35,353 bases of DNA from Amoebophrya sp. A120 (lineage: Eukaryota > Protista > Dinoflagellata): positions 5,231,381 through 5,266,733 of the forward strand of contig CAJINV010000004.1 in NCBI GenBank assembly GCA_905178155.1. The letters run 5' to 3'. How positions within the stretch are numbered: the stretch's first letter is position 1; each line of letters starts with the position of its first letter. Positions 33,098-35,353 of this stretch are shown here, one piece after another. The notes below the pieces were generated by a model that saw only the letters and a program-made list of their open reading frames with translations, ran no database searches and had not been told where the DNA came from. The position numbers and the translations under genes were made by a program.

Positions 33098-35353
33098 CCA
33101 GATGAAAGAGGAGTATTTATCTCGGAGTATGGTAGCTGTATGCTGAATTTCGAGAATTTAGAAGATTTCGGCGTATATTATTCTAGCTGTTTTACTGCAC
33201 AGACCAAGGACGAAGTGAGCTTGGTCGATTCATGTGCAAGCAAGTATTTATCTAGACACAAATCGGATTTTATTGACATCTCGAGCAACGTCTGTCGAAT
33301 CAACGGCACGGCCGGGGCTCGTGATGGTTTTGTCGGAAAACTGAAGGAAAACGCTTTAGGTTTACCCTATGGCGTCTACTTTAAACATCTACCTAAAGAC
33401 ATTGATCGCATTCTTCCGTGGCTCGGTGAGGACAATCTCAGTGATCGTGGGAGGGATCTGAACTACAACAGCTCTGGCGGTTCCTTAGTCAACAGGGAAT
33501 CCGGTCAGATGCTACCAATCAAGAACCACGAGAGGTTGACCCTCCCAGTCCTTGGGTGTGGTCTTTTCGTGATGGGCCTCCGGGGTCAGGCGACTAGAGA
33601 CACCGCGGAGGATATTGCATGCATTACAATCGAAGAGAGTATTGCTAGTTGTCACCTTACGCGCCTAGAACAACATAGAAGATTCGGACACTTTCATGTA
33701 GATGGTCTGAATGTCCTGTGTCCCGAATGCGACAAAGCGAAAGGCGCGAGAAGCTCTCACGCAAAGGAGCGAGACACTAGTAATTACAAACCTGAACCAT
33801 TGAAACTACTTGCGATGGACTTCGCGGTAGGTATTAAACCTGTATCGATTCGGTCACGCACCTGCGTGCTGGGTGGTGGTCATCTGTGATGCCATCAAGA
33901 AGTGTTTCTGTGTCCCTCTTAAGCTGAAAAGTGACTGCGTTGAGGTTTTGGAAGAAGTAATAAAAGGCATTCGCCAGAACTACGCTTTGACCCTCGAGGA
34001 CAAAGCGGCATGGTTCGTCCGTCGGGACAATGAGCCAGCTCTGGGCAGTGACTCCATGACCAAGGTCATGCAATCGCTGCGGGTCGGTGATGCTCCTACG
34101 GTTCCCTACAACCCAGAGCAGAACGGAACCTGCGAACGCTTTAAGCGGACCATATTCGGCGCTGTGCGTGCGATGTTGGTGAACGTGGGCAAGCGTCTGT
34201 GGTGCTACTCGGTCGAGTACGCTGCAGCATGCTGGAACCGCCTTCCGCATAAGTATAGCAAAATGCCCGAGTACGACGGAGAGACTCCTGCAGAGATTCT
34301 AGATGAGAGAACTGGGAGAAACAGACAGTTCAAAAGTTGGCACAAGGATGCTGCGGCGTTTTGGTTGTCTCGTTTATTTTCGTGAACAAGTCAAGAAAGG
34401 CGAAGTTCATGAAGCTCCTGAGGGGGGAGTAAATGTGGTAGCTCCAAAGCTGTCCGCGCCATTTCGTCGCGGTGTATTTCTCGGCCTTTGTCCTAAGTCT
34501 TCGGGCTGGCGGGTTGGGACGTATGTCACGGATGGCCGGTCCGCCGCGGGACATCGTTGGATGGAATATTCTACCATCGACGTCAAGTTCCGTGAGGAGT
34601 ACCTCGCGAAGAATATTGAAGACCTAGTTCCTAACTCCAAAGGTATCTATGTCGAGTGTGACGCAATCGAGGCCCTACCCAGTGGAGCGTCGTGTGCGCC
34701 ATCTCTCCCGTGTGTCGGTCTGATCAAAAGGGCTGCGCACCGGCTGGGGGTGGATGTCTCGGAGTACACTGGTAGGCAGCCTGACGGTCCTGAAGAGACG
34801 TTAGTGGTGGAAAGTCTGGATAGGGAAGATGATCCGGGCCAGATACATCCCGAGCCTGAAGGTGTTAAACCTGAGGAGGGGAATCTGGACGATCACCCCA
34901 CTCACAGCAGCTTATCTAGTCCAAGAAAGGCGAGCCCGTCTCCGGCAAGGATTGTGGCTGGCAACCGCAACTCCAAGCCGCGAGGACGTGGACGACCCAA
35001 AGGGAGAAAGGACAAGAAAAAGCGCGAGAGACGTACAAAAAAAGAGCTCGAAGAAATAAAAAAAGACGCAAGTGCGTTTGCCGCAGCAATAGCAGCACAG
35101 GATGATCGAGAGGAAGGTGAGGAATTCCTCGACGTCCAGTGTTACTTGACTACATCGGCCAAGTTGGATCCAGCTCGTTGCAAAGACTCAGTCGAATGGA
35201 ACGCAGCAACCAACAAGGAAGATTGTAGACTTGAAGCCTATAAAGTGCGGGAGCCAGCTACTGACGAGGAGCTAGCGACCGCAAAGCAGGTTTTGCCTAT
35301 TGCTATCCTTCTTACCGAGAAGCGTGACGGTACGAAGAAAGCGCGAGCAGTAG
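33098..35353 (+). pseudogene. pol: Copia Pol (protease, integrase, SH3-like, start of RT) with two +1 frameshifts
   Basis: LVDSCAS (protease); HRRFGH...CPECDKAK (integrase Zn finger); FVRRDNE, PYNPEQNGTCER, LWCYSVEYAAACWNR (integrase core); RRFGCLVY...KLSAPFRRGVFLG; KRDGTKKARAV (RT start). Frame changes near 33871 and 34335. Confidence 0.85.

Larger units (their letters stand above)
31329..35353 (+). mobile_element. Ty1/copia LTR retrotransposon, truncated by the window end
   Basis: Domain order gag - protease - integrase - start of RT is diagnostic of copia. The left boundary is inferred from the putative LTR. Confidence 0.9.

Overview
Eukaryotic genomic DNA that most resembles the parasitic dinoflagellate Amoebophrya (Syndiniales). 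This is inferred from co-oriented minus-strand genes, S/T/G-rich proteins, probable GA-AG introns and introner-type non-canonical introns. Contents: a low-complexity ORF (121-2085); a multi-exon EF-hand/transmembrane gene (3048-8072); eIF3h with only GT-AG introns (9155-10447); a very large (~4,200 aa) ARM-repeat-like gene (11553-30648); and the 5' part of a Ty1/copia LTR retrotransposon (~31329-end). Thirteen 143-319 bp TIR elements with TA...TA ends and 5-bp target duplications interrupt exons. Removing each plus one duplicated copy restores the reading frame, and none offers GT-AG ends. The most striking feature is a 4.7-kb block (15278-20012) inside an exon of the ARM gene: four unrelated ~1-1.4 kb TIR-bounded cassettes in tandem, separated by five copies of one ~40-bp sequence that is also host coding sequence. 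It looks like a repeat-cassette array built by repeated insertion at one site.
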